Source: Octopus bimaculoides
Taxonomy: Eukaryota
Direction: 5' to 3'
DNA: 64,000 bases
Assembly: GCF_001194135.2 (NCBI RefSeq)
Contig: NC_068994.1
Location: 42,311,604-42,375,603 of the forward strand
The position numbers and the translations under genes are program-made. The notes beneath the pieces are model-generated. The model made no database searches. It was not told where the DNA came from and was given only the letters and a program-made list of their open reading frames with translations. Of the stretch, positions 22,525 through 36,399 are shown in pieces. The first letter of the stretch is position 1; each line of letters starts with the position of its first letter.

Positions 22525-22888
22525 AATATATGCACACATACATACAACATGAGTACATAAGAACACAACTGATATATGATGTACATGCATACTATTCACT
22601 CATGTGGCCATATACATCATTTTATCTCTGCTGCTGCTGACACTAAGAAGTTCACACAGTGAAGTGCATGACTGTATACACATAGATAAACATACACACA
22701 CACACACACGTGCGTACATACTTGTGCATATGCACATCCGCACGCATGCAGCAATAAACATCTAACATTATATTCACCTGCATTACCAACTTTTACAGAT
22801 AAACGTATAGACTTGCACCAATAATTACACACACATAAGCATGTTCACACACACACACACACACACATACATATGCTGCTATACTTAT

Positions 22889-22922
<34 letters not shown>

Positions 22923-25552
22923 GTGAATATACATATATATCGTAAATACATATATTTACATAATAGGTGTATATATATATATATAATATATATGCGTATA
23001 TGTGTGCATATATATATATATATATATACATACACACACACATGCACATATATTATAAATGTGTGTATGGTTGTATTTGTATGTGTATATGTATATATAG
23101 ATATGTATGTATATGGGCAAGAGAGAGAGAGAGAAGAGATAGTGACACACACAAACACAAATAGAGTAAAAATACAAACAATCCACACTATATCTAAGAG
23201 CTAATGATTTAACTAACAAGGGAAACATGATGGAACTTCCAAACTTATCAATCATAACACAATGCTTGTCTTTTTTATTCTGCCTCTCTCTCTCTCTACC
23301 TAATTGACTGACAATTTCCTCACGAGCAATAAAATGACAATGTTACTATAAAATAACTAAATGCCATTAATCACCTTCACCAAAAAGCAAAAATGATCAA
23401 TCATTATTACCCTTTATTATCATAAGGTGACTTCTGAAACACCAGGTCATGGAAAGAACTAAAGATTATTACTTAGAATATATCTAATCAGGTCAGTGTT
23501 TACTGTCAGCTTTTGACAATTCTGAAGACTTGGTCATTTCTGAGTGTATTACAAAGAATGGGGTTTGCTATGGTAGCCATTACAAAGAAGCTGACCTAGT
23601 ATTTTAGGATGTTCCATTATCTCCACACTCTAGATAAGTAGTTATCCAGCTTGTGAACAGAATTGGGTCAATGTATAATTCTGAAAGGGTTACAGTATAT
23701 CTTTTACTTTTGAAATCATCATAATTTATGTTCACTTCCAGATTAAACAGGTTGTTACAATCCTTGTTAGTTCATATTTAGAGATACTACCCTTCTAGCT
23801 GGGCTAGAGGACCATCTTTTGGGCCTAATTTCCACAGCTGGATACCACTTTACAGTGTGCATTATATCACTAGTGAGGCTGGTATGTTCTTGACAAAACT
23901 AAAGGGTTCTCTCAGCTCTACGCTGTCTCTTGTTTACAAACCACTTTATAGATTGTGTGCTTGTCTTCCATCCTGCTAAGACTAAAGGACTTTCAATACT
24001 TTATACTGTGTCCAATACCTTAACACCATGTGACCAAAAATATAAATAGTAAAGAGAGTTATAACACGAGAAAAAATGTTTTATAAAATGTAAAATATTT
24101 GTGAAATAGCAATACTTGGAAACAGTTACCCTGTGTGTAAACACTAAGACCGTTTTTGCTCTTTTCTCTCAATTGTTAAATTACTAATGCTCTATGAAGA
24201 AAAAGAGAAAAACACACACACACACATTCCATAAATTCCTTCCAGACCATAATTATAATCCCTCTGTAAGAATTTTTTGCTTCATAAAATGTTTAATTAT
24301 CTAAAATACCTTAGGTTATATCATACTGAAGATTTCTAAATAGAATGAAATAGTACAAAATGTGATTACTACTGACTAGAAATTTTAAGAACTTTCTAAT
24401 AAGTAAACAAAAAAATAGAGAAAATTAAATATATAAATTCTAATTTCTTATTCTGTAATTTCAAATGCAAAATTCTAACACTGCCAAATATTATGGAGAA
24501 ATGATTATTTCCCTTTTAATAACTGTCCTCTAGGGGACAATATGTGATTTGGAAATATGTTGTGTAATAATCTTGAAGTCTAGAGGCCACACCAAACAAT
24601 AACAACAAGCATGATCTGAGGAATATTTCCCTTTCATAAGTATTAACCTATTAGCATTTAAATGCCTGTGCCTATATGTAAAAAATTATCAAATAGTATC
24701 CTGGGGTAGAATTGATTTACCAGTATCAGTTGTGATGTTAAAAGATTGGAAACCTCTGCATTAGATGGAGCCAAGGTGTCGTATTAAAAATACTTTACTA
24801 CATTGGCAGAAGGCCACAAATTCGTAGGGTTTAGATAAAGTTGGCTTATCAAGTGCTCTTCATGCCTCGTAAATATTTTATCTTCCTGCAAGGTTTTTCA
24901 CTCCAGAAACTTGAATATGAAAGCAAACACAAGTCATGTAGTTGATACTTTACTGTTTCAGACACTTCATCACTGTTTCTATAGCATTAAATGGCTTAAC
25001 AAAATTGGTAGAGTATTGAAGAAATTGTCAGGTGATACTTGATTATACAACTTTAAATTTAGATTTCAAATCCCATTGAGATCAATTATGTTTTATATCT
25101 TTTTGGAGTCAATAAGTTAGATACTGGAGTTGCCAAAATCAACTCTACTCGACACCCTAAATTTTATGTCTTGTGCCTATTTCATAAATCTAACAATAAT
25201 TCAAAGAAAAATGTATAAATAAACTCAGTGCTTAAATTACATATATTCAGGATTGTTTAATTTTTGAAAAAATGAGAGCAAAAAAGATGTAATATGTAAT
25301 ATGCAAATAGATATGTTTCATTGGGGATGTCAAATAAAACCGAAACATGTGCAGAGTTGTCACTATACTGATAAAAGATTGGATATGTCTTCACATAAGC
25401 CTCAAATTTTCCAAGTTTTAATCAATTTGGATTGATGAAAATTATTATTAATGCAAATTGTTCTTTTTCCACTTATGAGACTAACTCCAATTGATTAAAT
25501 ATTTTTAGTATCACTACATTAAGCATATTAGTGTTTGCTTAATAATAATAAT

Positions 25553-25598
<46 letters not shown>

Positions 25599-26299
25599 GG
25601 GTGTCCATCTTCCATTTCATATAGATCAAATGAACTGAGAGAGGACCCTTTGATAATTTTAACAAAGTTAAATTAATACTCTGAAGCAGATGTAATTTTC
25701 ACGATTACAGTTTTCTAGGTTAAATCACACTCAGAACATCTTAGTTTGGCATCTCTTTATTATCAATAAAATATATAACAGAATATCTAAAACTGAAAGC
25801 ATGACTTCAAATATGGTTGTCTGGTGGACAGGATGTTTGATGTAGAAGTTTAGTGGCATACTACTTGAAAACAGTACTTTCGGAACTTGCTTTGTGTATA
25901 CATAAGTGATATTTCAACAATATTTCTCACATTTTCAGGAACTTGTCTACTAAAATGGCATCAAGCTATAAAACATCACTGTTTCAGCAAATCTATAAAT
26001 GGAAATGATGGACACTTAATAGGTAAAACTATCTCCTGTCAGAACTGAAACAAACTGATCAAAGAGCTAACTCAAATTAAACATTGTGTGCTAATCAGTG
26101 ATTATACCACTATATTTAATGGAATATAAGGCATACTTTCCTTCATAAAACAAGAGATATCTCAAAAGCTCACCTTAGGTCCCATATACGAAGCTGGGTC
26201 AATATTATATGCTTTAATGTTCAACAAATATTTTCCTCAAATATGTGCTGCTGAGATTGGGGTGTGTTTAATATCCTTGTGCATCTTTTATGCCATATG

Positions 26300-27400
26300 A
26301 TAATTGTTGCAGAGAGCTCTGGATCTGAATGTTAAAATATACAACTTCTGAACCAACTGATTTCTGGAGAATGAAGTGTGAGTGCTGAGAAGAGTTTGAG
26401 AATATTGAAGTCACTGAGAATATTGAAGTCACTGAGAATATTGAAGTCACTGAGAATAAGGACTTCTGAGAGAGATGTACCATGTGTGTCCTTGATGCAG
26501 GAAAAATGAGGCCTTGTTGAAGATTTGAGGAATTAAGAGAGTGATAGTGATAGCAGAAAATATATTTAGAAAACTGGAAAAGATACTTTGATCCAGAATT
26601 ACATTTTTTAATATTTTTTCTGCTGATATCTAGATGAAAGAGATGCAGAGATTATTATCTATATACATGCAATTACTGCCTCTTCGAATGAAGATAACAG
26701 AGCATGGCTCATATATTAGCTTAGCTATAGATATGAGTTAAGCAATGTGTGTTTCAAAAGAGGACAGGATATATGGTCATAGGTGATGGATGGGATCCAG
26801 GCTGAACAGTTGTCCACAAATGTTATTACAAAGAATGGAGAATTATCAAGCAGACTTAACTTGGATGTATTTTTTAGTTTTGTCTTAATATTTTCGTAAT
26901 GGTTTTGTTTAGGATGTGAGTGAGGACAAAGTTACAGCATTGAATCCAAGCAGTGCAACTGGCTTTCAGTAATTTCAGAAATGTCTCTCAAAATTCCATG
27001 CTTGCTGGGGTATCAGTTGTGTACTGTGGATAGAAGAGAATAATGGAATATGTACCACCTAAATGAATGACACATTGTGAGCCATACCCACTCAGCAATG
27101 CTTTTATTGTATTTAGCAGTTAGTTTTCTTAAAAGAAACCTTTTCCACTGGAAGCCATTAACAAATAGTGGCACCAGATATTGATATATCAAAAGGTTGT
27201 GTTATCCCAGGTTGCATACTGGGCCTTCTCACCTCCAAAAGAGGGCTATATTATTTTCTCATGACACAGAACTCCTCTGTAACTTTTAGTGACCTTTTAT
27301 TCAGAGTGAACCAGTTACATTAATTTCACTGCAGCTGGGAAAGCTATGTCTGTCCTGAAGTAGTTTCCTTGTGAGTGGAGGAATTCACAGAACTATGAAG
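26300..27400 (+). pseudogene. Heavily decayed LINE (RTE-like) reverse transcriptase region
   Basis: Scattered motif remnants in the expected order: ENWKRYFDPEL, DGIQAE, SNFRNVS, AFIVFS, ggttgtgttatcccaggttgcatactgggc (GV..GCIL.-like). Confidence 0.4.
26398..26458. repeat. 18-bp minisatellite (gagaatattgaagtcact) x3.4
   Basis: Three perfect copies plus a partial copy. Confidence 0.95.
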
Positions 27401-28327
27401 TATAGGGAACAGAGATTTTGTCCTAAAATATAGATGCCTTTAAAGTTAATTTTTAGGAGAGAGAGAGGGAGAGAAAGAGAGACAGACAGATAGACAGACA
27501 CTGATAGATGGACAGACACAGACAGATATGAATAATAAGGAAATGTATTCTAAATAAATGTAAACAACTTTTTCTAAGAGAGACTTGACAGTGGAGATTG
27601 ATTAGAAACAGAGGATAAGGGTTTATGCTGCCAAAATATTTAAGATGTGTGACAAGAGAGAAAGAGAGAGAGGGGGGATAGTAGATAAAACTAAACTTAA
27701 TGAAATTGTTGGAGAAGAGGAAGAATTATTTGTCGTATTGATTCTAATTTTTTCTATGAATACTTCATACGACTTAGAAAGATCAGTTTTTCCTCACTGT
27801 TAAAACTATTTACAGCAACCTATCCTTTAAGTTAAAAAATTGTACTAGAGAAATGTGAATTAACGACAGCCTCTTTATGAATACAGCAACTAATCTTAAA
27901 TCTGAGTAACAGTATAACTCATACAGGTCGTATTCAGATCTCAGCAACGGGAAATCAGATGATCAAGTGTTACATGTATTTAAGAGTGACCTAACAACCA
28001 TTCATACAACTAAAATTGTTCAAAACACTTTCATTGCATATAACACACAAATTTAGTTATCTAACATTGAAATTAAAAAGTGATTTATAAGGCTAACACT
28101 ATTCCAGCGTCAATAAATTCAGGAACTTTCTCAAAGGACAATCTGTATTTTATGTGTAAGTTTGCCAACAATTTTACCAGAGGAACCTCATTTTTTTTAA
28201 ATGGTGTGTGTAAATTTTTGTCACAATCACAGCATTTGATCATTTAGTATTTAAACTAGCCATATGTGATATGAGATAATGCATAATTATCTGGCTATGA
28301 GATAATTCAATTCAAGCCAAATATATT

Positions 28328-28548
28328 TATGAGGGGGTGCTGAAAAGTTTCTGGCTTTAAGGATATTGTGAAAGGCTTGGCTGGAGGCCAAATATTTCAA
28401 GTTCTTTTACAGGGCTTAGAAAAACTGAAGCACTGCTACAATAAGTGTGTGAATCTTAGAGGGGAATATGTTGAATAAAATCATGATTAACTGATCCTTT
28501 TGTATTTTCTTTTACCCGAAGCCAGGAACTTTTCAACACCCCCTTGTA
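28328..28548 (+). mobile_element. Mariner-derived MITE, copy 1
   Basis: TIRs tatgagggggtgctgaaaagtttctggct / agccaggaacttttcaacacccccttgta. The interior encodes GLEKLK...KCVNLRGEYVE* (mariner C-terminus). Confidence 0.85.
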
Positions 28549-29179
28549 AATATGTATTATATTTAACAGAGAAAACTGAATGCTAAGGGATTAAACAATA
28601 TACACAGAGCACATTTCAAACCAACCTTCAAATAATAAATTATTTTCATTTTTCTTGGTCTGTTATTGATTGCAATAGATATGAAATTGTTCACTTTAAC
28701 AACAAAAATCACTCACTTTTGGTTTCCACTATATATAATTTCAGTTCCAACCTTATTTTCTCATTGACATTTTCTATGGTCCTAAACTTAATGGAAATAT
28801 TGAAAGAAAAATGTTATGAAATTTCTGCAGTTACTTAGTTCTCACATCTGCTCAAAGAATGCCTCCATATTCTTGTCTGATAATTCAATATCACTCTTTA
28901 TACATTTGCTAATGTAAGTTTAAATTGTGCTTTTCTCTGTTTTCACAAGATGTTATGGTTGTCATTACTTCATGAGTTATTTTTTTAAATTCCTTATGTT
29001 TTAACCATTTTAACCATTTCTGTTTTTTTTTATTTGACTTTACTTCCCATTCTTCATTGTTGCAGCTTCTACTATATGTTAATTTGTTGACAGTTTTTTG
29101 GCTGTATCCAGCCAACAAACTTTTCACTAACATGATTTCTACAAAAGTTTTCCATTCTAATATTTTCCAGATTACACTG

Positions 29180-29570
29180 TAGAGATACTTTTTGACTCAT
29201 CAGAAGATGATCTCTTTATAGTTTGCTGCCAAGTACTGCAAGGCATGGATGAGAAAAGTGTTCTGAAGACTGGGACATTGGTCCTCTCAAGAAAGTCTTT
29301 CCAGAACATTCTGATTGTCAGTTGGACATAACTAAGGCAAATAGAAAAGTTTAAGTATCTTGGGATTGTATTCGTGAGTGATGGGAGGCAGGAGGCTGAA
29401 CTAGAAGCTAGAACTGCAGGTGCTGGCAGAGCAATAGGCCAAATTCAGCATATGATCCTTAAAAGAGGAGAGGTTGGTAAAAAAGCCAAACTTGCTGTCT
29501 TCATTTCAGTTTTCAGGTCTATCATCACTTATGGTCATGAATGTTGGGTAATGACTGAAAAAACATTGGT
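29180..29570 (+). pseudogene. RTE-clade (Rex3/Expander-like) reverse transcriptase C-terminal remnant
   Basis: LRQIEKFKYLGIVFVSDGRQEAELEARTAGAGRAIGQIQHMILKRGEVGKKAKLAVFISVFRSIITYGHECWVMTEKT (FKYLG...TYGHE.WVMTE). Confidence 0.8.
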
Positions 29571-29825
29571 GTGGATACAGGGGCCATGTAAAAAGCATCC
29601 AGTACACTCTGTAAAGCGGTTGGTATTAAGAAGGGCATCCAGTTGTAGAAACCAAACCAAAACACATTATGGAGCCTGGTGCTGCCCCTGGCCTTGCCAG
29701 TTCTTGTGAAGCCATCCAACCTGTGTCAGCTTGGATAACAGACTTTAAATGGGGAAGACAATCATGATCATGATGTTCGTAGTATTATACAAATTCAATT
29801 CTTGTATTAATATTGAAGTTTGCTT

Positions 29826-30264
29826 CAGAAAAAGTAGGTGTACACTTTAGTGAATAAAAAAGGTGTGATGTTTCATCAGGACAATGCGCGACCCCACACT
29901 GCAAAGATCACATCACAGAAGATTGAAGAGCTTGGTTGGGAAAAAATTCCTCATCCACCTTATTCTCCTGACCTTGCTCCTTCAGACTACTATTTGTTTC
30001 ATAGTTTACAGAATTATTTGGGTGGGGGGGGACATAACTTTCGCAAGGCAGGAGGAGGTCGAAACTGACGTTGCAGAGTTCTTCACTTTGAAACCAAAAG
30101 AGTTTTACATTGATGGGATTAAAAAGCTTGTATGTAAATAGATGGAAGGAAGTCATTGATAATCAGGGAAAGTACATTGATGATTAAATTTCAATTAAAT
30201 ATAACATTTGGTCACTTGTTTTCTTTATTCAAAATTTGGACAGAACTTATGGGATCACCTGATA
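29826..30264 (+). mobile_element. Mariner 3' half: D34D transposase C-terminus and right TIR
   Basis: VMFHQDNARPHTAKITSQKIEELGWEKIPHPPYSPDLAPSDYYLFHSLQNYL, then after frameshifts EEVETDVAEFF...GIKKL..RWKEVIDNQGKYIDD*. Ends in cagaacttatgggatcacctgata. Confidence 0.9.
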
Positions 30265-31288
30265 TATATAAACACACACACACACACACATATATATGCA
30301 TGTATATTTGTATCTTCATCTTGGCACCACATGAGATTAGTAACCGAGTGTCACTGGCATGCAAGCAATGTCATTCATTTTCAGTCTTACATAAAATTAC
30401 ATCCAGACATAGGGAAATATTATCTTGCTTGGAAACAAGTGGGGGTTGGTGACAGGATGGACATCTAGCCATGAAAAACATTCTGCAATTTCATACGATC
30501 TATGTAAACATGGAAAAGTGGGCATTAAAGTAATGATAATGATGATGATGATGATGATGATCATCATCATCATCATCATCAACACAACGACGTTGATGAC
30601 TATGGTGATAACGATGATAATGATGAGGAGGAGGAGGATGTCATCTCTAATGTATCAACCAAACTATGTTCCACCTTAGGTGCATAATATTAATTTTTGA
30701 CATATACAGAACTAGAAATTTGATTTTGTATATGTCAGAAATTAATATTATGGGGATAGAGGTGGTTATAGTACTGGTGCTGGTAGTGGTGGGTCCACTA
30801 AATTAAATTGCTCTCTGTATTTGAATCACATCTAATCCTGTTTCATAATAACAGGATGAAAGTTACATTTGGTCTCAGAATGATTTTGAACTCACAACAT
30901 AGAGAGCCATAACAAAATATACTACGTGGCATTTAACCTGGTTCTCTAATGATTCAGCCAATTTTCCATTCACCTGAAGTAAATACAGTGTTAAAACATC
31001 TGCAGATTTGAACTCAAGACATATAAGCTAATGGTCTAACACCATATCCATTTAACCAATTAGTTTTCATTTATAAATTTATGGTATATACTCACACACA
31101 TGCACACACGCACACGCACACATGCAAACACACAAACACACATACACGCACCCACGTATGAGTGTGTTATTGCTTTTATATCAGTGTGTGTGTGCTTTCT
31201 GTGTAAATGTTGCTTGTATTTGGCTCTATACATATTCACAAATGTATACATTCATACATGCATTCATATACACAGACACATATATACA

Positions 31289-31327
<39 letters not shown>

Positions 31328-31449
31328 CATACATACACACACACACAAAGACATACAAGTAAACCACTTTTATGCATGCATACTTAAACCATATAAATGT
31401 CTTTAGTGATATATTCATACATACATATATATATATATATGTATAAATG

Positions 31450-31501
<52 letters not shown>

Positions 31502-32939
31502 TATACATATATATATATATTTATACACATAAACATATATATATACAAAGAGAGTGATAGAGAGAGATGTGTGTACGTGCATACATACACACTCACAAGC
31601 ATGCATATTTGTGTGAATATATGTACATGTATATGAGTGTGCGTTTGTCTGTGTTTTTATGTGTATATATATGTGTGTGAATGCATTTGATGTGCGTGCA
31701 TGTCTGTGTATGTCACATATTACAGGAAAGATGCAGTTAAAGTTTCTTTGATTTATTGTATCTCTCTTACTCTGATTTTATACAGTCTTTTTCTTGAAAT
31801 AAAGTCGCTAATAGTTCCAGGGAATTCCAGTGAAGAAAAGCTTTTCTATTCCACAGTTAAGTAATGTCCTCTTACAAGCAAGCAGAGAATGCCAGTTTCA
31901 TAGCAAGCGTGTTTATGGCAATTTGCCATTGTAACTTTGGATAAGTGAAAGAGATTTAAAAATCATAAATCTCATGTGATATATAGATATTGCTATGGAG
32001 CTATTATGCTGGAATGTCCAAAGATAATGGCCTTGTCATTGAACTGATTTTTGCATGAGGAATATTTTCAATTTTGCCTCTGAAAACTTCCATTCTCTTT
32101 AGCTGTTTGACTTAAGATCATTATAAGTTCTCAAGCGAGAATACAAGGAACAATCTACTAAATCAAATACAAATTCAAAGTTAATATCATTGAAGAATTT
32201 TATATTGAGACTTTGTGGAGTTCTTGTTGTGCTGAAGTTAATGGTGTTAATTTAGAAATCTTTACTGCATGGACAATTTTAGTTTAGATTCTCTAGAGTA
32301 GGAGAAAATATAGAAATTGTAGCTACGATTAAACACATTTCACATTTCTCAGGTGGTATATTACTTCTTTTCTTATCAATATACCTGTTTTGTCCTTCTT
32401 TAAATTCTTACCCAGTGACTCATAAGTTCAGTTCTTAATACACTGGTTTCTTTTACAATCAGTTGAAACAATTATGTCCTGACATTATGGAGATGATGGC
32501 TGTCTGTCTGACTTTTAGTTACCTGCAAGCAGTGCCATTTTAAGGCATGTGCATACTGGGAATTTGCCAAGAGGTCTCACAGACACAAAATTTATGTATC
32601 TTGATTTATGTATTTTGCAGTTGTTTGCAGTCAATAAGTCAATACTATAGGGCACATTGCATTGATTTACTTAGGGTCCTAAAAAGTTGCTAAGATGGCA
32701 CAGTCTGTGAGAACTAATGCATTTTGTTTGAGGAACAGCTTGATGTATCGGTGAACAGTCAACAGTGTTGGAGAGCATGAAGATTAAAGTTGTAGTTGAA
32801 AAAATGTTAGTTGATACAAAGGACTGGAAGACATCTGAATATTGGAAAAGAATCACCTGTGCCATGCTGATTTGTACCTGGCTATCAGAATGCCAACATC
32901 ATAACTGCAGCATAATATTCTGCGAACATAGTAAGACAT

Positions 32940-33556
32940 ATCCCGTGTATCTTGGAAACCAAGTTCCTCCAAACTGTGACAGACCATCACAGCTGATATC
33001 ATTCCACCCCACACCTTTGAGCAGGGCCTCAACCTCAAATCAGACAGCTATGTAAAGCTGCAAGAGAATGTAGCCAAACCCTGGCAGGGATGGGTTGCTG
33101 CTGGAAAACCATATGTGTGGCAGCAGGATTTCAATCCTAGCCATACCTCTGAAAAGAGTCAGAAATTATTCTCAGAGAATTTCTACGACTTCACCAGCCC
33201 GATTTCTAGCCTCCTAATCCACCTAACTGTAATCCCATGAATTACTATGTATGTGGTGCATTATAGAAAGACATCAACCATAGTACCTGCAACACCAAGG
33301 CCAAGCTAGTGACCAAGATCAAGGAAGAGTTCATAGATCTCCCCAGGGATACAGTGAGGAATGCACATTCCAGGTTCCAGAACCATCTTCAGACAGTGGT
33401 GGAAACCGAGTGCAGATACTTTGAGTAAACTGTTATTTCCCAGGCATAATCTAGTTGATGTTTATTGATATTTTAGAATACTTTTAATTTGGATGGGATA
33501 TTGTGTTTTCCTTTCTTTTTCTGCAAACTGTCAAATATAGCCTGAACAGCCTATAA
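32940..33556 (+). mobile_element. maT (DD37D) Tc1/mariner transposase remnant with right terminus
   Basis: TKF..TV, DIIPPHTFEQGL, PYVWQQDFNPSHTSEKSQKLFSENFYDFTSP.F*PPNPPNCNPMNYYV, then KIKEEF.DLPRDTVRNA.SRF...VVETE..YFE*. There are 37 residues between the QQD aspartate and the PMD-equivalent position. Confidence 0.8.
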
Positions 33557-33862
33557 ATAGCTTCCTACTAAATGGGTTACTGCTTCACATACCACCTAAG
33601 AATCTTAAGAAGCATAATGGCAGTGAGGTTAAGGTGCTGAATGCACAGAGCTAACAGCCATCAGTTCAAATATAACTGCAAAATCCATTATGTTTTGAAC
33701 AAACCTTGTTAATAAATCTACTTCTTTATTTTATATCATGCATTTCTGAGCAGTAGTGTGGTTGGCTGCAGATTTACAATGGACTAATCATTGGTTCACT
33801 TTATTTCCAAAAGCGAGAGTTACAGACAAGTGTTTGAGTAACTTGAAATAAATATCTTAATA

Positions 33863-34082
33863 TACGAGGGGGTGCTGAAAAGTTCCTGGCTTAAGGATAT
33901 TGCAAAAGGCTTCTTTTGAAGCCCAACCTTCCAAGTTCTCTCACAGGGCTTAGAAAAACTGAAGAACCACTGCAAGAAGTGTGTGAATCTGCGAGAGGAA
34001 CATGTCAAATAAAATCATAACTGAAACTCCTATATTTTCTTTTACCCAAAGCCATGAACTTTTCAGCCTACACTCGGTCGTA
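33863..34082 (+). mobile_element. Mariner-derived MITE, copy 2
   Basis: Same family as 28328-28548 (tacgagggggtgctgaaaagttcctggctt). Confidence 0.85.
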
Positions 34083-34403
34083 AATCAGGTATCCATAATT
34101 GAGGCAATATTAAATTAAAGTTGCCATATATGTATCATACTTAATAAACACACACTGTCGGTAGGTCAGTTATTGTGATACTTTTTCTGAGATAATGGGA
34201 ACTGACCAAACTACTGCTGGCATGAATTTTTGTCCCTATCTATAAGAGATGTTACCTGAGGAGAAATACTGCAGTTATTGGCCAATCAACAGTGTATATA
34301 TTACTTATAATACAGAGATATATCTTTGTTGGTTGCACTGATTTATCAGTGATTTCTTGCTAATGTGTACATTTATTCTGATATGTACATATAAATGTAT
34401 ATA

Positions 34404-34438
<35 letters not shown>

Positions 34439-34448
34439 NNNNNNNNNN

Positions 34449-34491
<43 letters not shown>

Positions 34492-34493
<2 letters not shown>

Positions 34494-34812
34494 CAAATTT
34501 AGGGAATGGAATAGGTAAAATCCAGGATACATATGTTTCCTAGCAAGCAGAACCTCAAAAGTAGTAATTACTTAATGCGGGGTACTCCACTAGTTACTCC
34601 CTCTGTGCTTTCCATGCATTTTTGATCAAAATTCCTGAGAGTTAACATGAGATCCCTTGAAAAATACGTAACCTTCATTTGACTAAGGTATGTTTGGCCT
34701 GATGTGCTGCTAGTGGAGTACCTCTTGTTGAGTAATTACTATTTTCAAGGTTCTGCTAGTTAGGAAGCATATGTAACCTGGATTTTACCAACTCCAATTT
34801 CCGCAACTTGGA
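34492..34812. mobile_element. MITE-like element with ~100-bp imperfect TIRs
   Basis: ggtaaaatccaggatacatatgtttcctagcaagcagaacc...gtactccactag is inverted at ctagtggagtac...ggttctgctagttaggaagcatatgtaacctggattttacc. Confidence 0.65.
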
Positions 34813-35553
34813 TTTTTATTCACATACACAGCAACCTCATCTGTTAACCGTGAACTATAAGATAGTTTTTTTCAGTTTATCGAACTTCGATACAGGACAT
34901 GTTTATAACCTTCAACATCAATAAACCACCATTGTTCCTGAAAGTTGTTTTCATACCTTCTACAGACTGCTTGACTTTCTATACTTTGATACTTGGATCT
35001 CAGCTTTACATATAATCATAAACATATAAAAATATAATATGAGGGCTTCCATATGGTTCCCATTTACTAAATTTCCTACACAAGGCCTTGTTCAACCAAA
35101 AGTTATGGTAGAACATAGTACCTAAGGTGCTGTACAGTGGGAGAGAACCTAGAACTATATGTTTTCAAAGTGAACTTCTTAATCACACAGCCATGCCTAA
35201 GCCCATTGCTTGACTGCATATACTTCCGCTTGGCTATGCATAAATAGACACATAAAAATGAGAAAAACCATTCCAAACATGTTATATTAGGAAAATGGAT
35301 ATAACATACAGAAAGAGTGACAGATATATATTTAACATTATGTACCACATGGTATTTTGTCACTTTCCATCAATTTCTTTAGACTTATATTATAGTTTGT
35401 CAAGTATATATAACAAGTATTTCCAGTACTAGATTTTATTAACCCAAATCTGTGTTTACCCATAACCATCTGAGTTTCTTGGACTATATTTGGAATACAT
35501 TTCATAATCAGAAATTTCTATAGCTCAAATAAATTTGTTAAAATAATTCTTTT

Positions 35554-35587
<34 letters not shown>

Positions 35588-36399
35588 TATATGCTTAAAA
35601 TAGCTTTTAAGAATTTTAACTAATTTCAAAAAGCTATTGGTTAATTACTGACTTACTTAAGCCCTTCACTTCCTAAGGAACATTGGCCATCAATGACTTC
35701 TCTCTACTGTTCTTGACTCTAGGCTGTCTTTTTATGCTTCTCTGAGAGAAGTTGGTTTTTTTTTTTCTAATTTGGGGCATAACCTTATGCAAAACTCATT
35801 TTTACATCTGGGAAAAAGTGGTCCCTATTAGCCTGCCCTCTGTCCTTTGGCTTGTCCAGCATAGGAGGCCTTTCAAGAAGCTTGCACTTTGCTGGTATAG
35901 CTCTAAGTGTCACTGAGTTACACAAACCACCACAACAAGAGCTGAACTTTGTGGTAACATTGATAGATTAATAAATAATTAAATTAGTTTGATCCCCATG
36001 GTTTGTATAGTGCTGTTTTGTCCCTGGGGGCCCTGACATTTAAAATTGGTGATGGTCATACACAATGATAGGTGTATGTATGGCTACAGTTTTTCAGGCA
36101 TCATAATCTTGTTACATCTATAGATTATATACCTTTTTCCCTCTATCACAATGCAAGCTGTCCCACTAAATAAAATAAAAATAAATAGATAAATAAATAA
36201 ATATACGGTATATGCTGTAATTCAAGAAAAAATTCTCTCTGAGATCCTGAGCTTCAGGATTGGTTTCAACATGATAAAAAAAAAAAAACTGGCGACTGTA
36301 AATGTTGCAATGGTTTTCTGAGAAATGCAAATAAATCCATGCTAATGAGAAAAAAAAAATAGTAAATAAAACCCTCTGAAAAGTATAAGAAATGTTTTG

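Noticed and set aside
26398-26458. CRISPR-like repeat array
   Set aside because: The repeats are directly adjacent with no spacers, the context is eukaryotic, and there are no cas genes.
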